Below, piece by piece: positions 63,198 through 64,000 of a stretch of DNA of 64,000 nt. The notes beneath the pieces were generated by a model. The model saw nothing but the letters and a program-made list of their open reading frames with translations, searched no databases and was not told the origin of the DNA. The stretch comes from Amoebophrya sp. A120. Taxonomy: Eukaryota > Protista > Dinoflagellata. Location of the stretch: contig CAJINV010000010.1 of NCBI GenBank assembly GCA_905178155.1, positions 645,851-709,850 of the forward strand, given 5' to 3'. The translations under genes were made by a program, and so were the position numbers. Each line of letters starts with the position of its first letter. The stretch's first letter is position 1.

Positions 63198-63739
63198 CTA
63201 GTTAGACGAGTTAGAAGAAAAGATCGAAGAGTTGTGCGCGGCATTCCTGTACAACCCGCCCACAGGCTCATCCTGCGAAAGAGGAGAAAGCCCATCTCCC
63301 GGCTCAACATTCTGGGACGATGATGATGTTGAGGGTGCGCCGTCGGAAAGTAATTCGCCGCTCGCCGGGTCGTGCTCGTGCACCTCCGGCGATAGTGAAA
63401 GCTCCGGGGCGAGAGAGCCCGCGGAAGTCACGTCGTTCCCGCTCGCCTCGGCCATTTTCAGGACCCAGAATTTGTAGTACAGCAGCGTGGATCCGGCGTC
63501 CACGGGCCGCGCAGGCTGCTCCCAGGCTTGCAGGATGTCGTAGGCCCGCTTTTGCGCGTTCGCGTCGTTGGTCAGCGCCATGTTCCCGGTCGCAATCTGC
63601 CCGATCCACATTTTTAGCGAAGCGTGGATAGCGCCCAGCCGCGTCACGTGGTTATCCACGATCGAAATATCCACCGGCGTGCATGGCGCAACGCAGGACC
63701 AGTCGTCGGTTGCGTAGTTCGCCGGGTCTTTGCAGTCAA
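63198..63739 (-). CDS. Terminal exon of a hypothetical protein entering from the right edge
   Basis: 158-aa ORF with coding-like composition, next to a TIR element at 63740. Confidence 0.55.
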
Positions 63740-64000
63740 TATGGATGTGTCAGGATCGAAATTGTCAAAATCGAAAAATTTGTGATGCACAAAATGGATG
63801 CCAGTTGGGGCCTCAGTTTCCAAGTGGCGCATGACAAATTTCGGGACCACCAAAATCCAGTCTGTCATGCTGTTTGGGCAAAGCAGACTGCTCCTGTCAT
63901 GCTACTCTGGCAACACATTGTATAACCCTAAACAGGCTTACAATCGATCTCATTTGCCTGCTCCCCAATACAGGCGTCGCGTGCCCTACATTTTACGCAT
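63740..64000. mobile_element. Introner-like element, family F (partial)
   Basis: Homologous to 43746-44056. Confidence 0.85.

Noticed and set aside
1-64000. tRNA, rRNA or dinoflagellate spliced-leader relics
   Set aside because: None were recognised by eye; a covariance-model search would be needed to exclude them.

Overview
This is eukaryotic genomic DNA, most consistent with an Amoebophrya-like (Syndiniales/dinoflagellate) parasite; that assignment is inferred from gene and intron architecture. Essentially all genes lie on the minus strand. Recognisable genes are RPL3 (three GT-AG introns), a mitochondrial-type L7/L12, an FkbM-type methyltransferase, an atypical LepB/HipA/PI4K-like kinase, three tandem GH16 glucanase paralogues and an intronless HUH-Rep/PIF1-helicase (Helitron-like) ORF. 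The dominant signal is about 40 short (about 110-510 bp) elements in at least 7 sequence families. Most have TAT...ATA ends, terminal inverted repeats (TIRs), 5-bp flanking direct repeats (DRs) and a shared TGTNATGC motif. They sit in coding sequence, and removing the element plus one DR restores the reading frame at every small-element junction I checked by hand, so they behave as non-canonical introner-like introns. The same end architecture also bounds a 1.2-kb element with ~200-bp TIRs and, imperfectly, the whole 6.5-kb Helitron-like unit. A 1.35-kb endonuclease-fragment insert with a 44-bp duplication interrupts one GH16 gene and is fused in frame to it. All coordinates and joins were read by eye.
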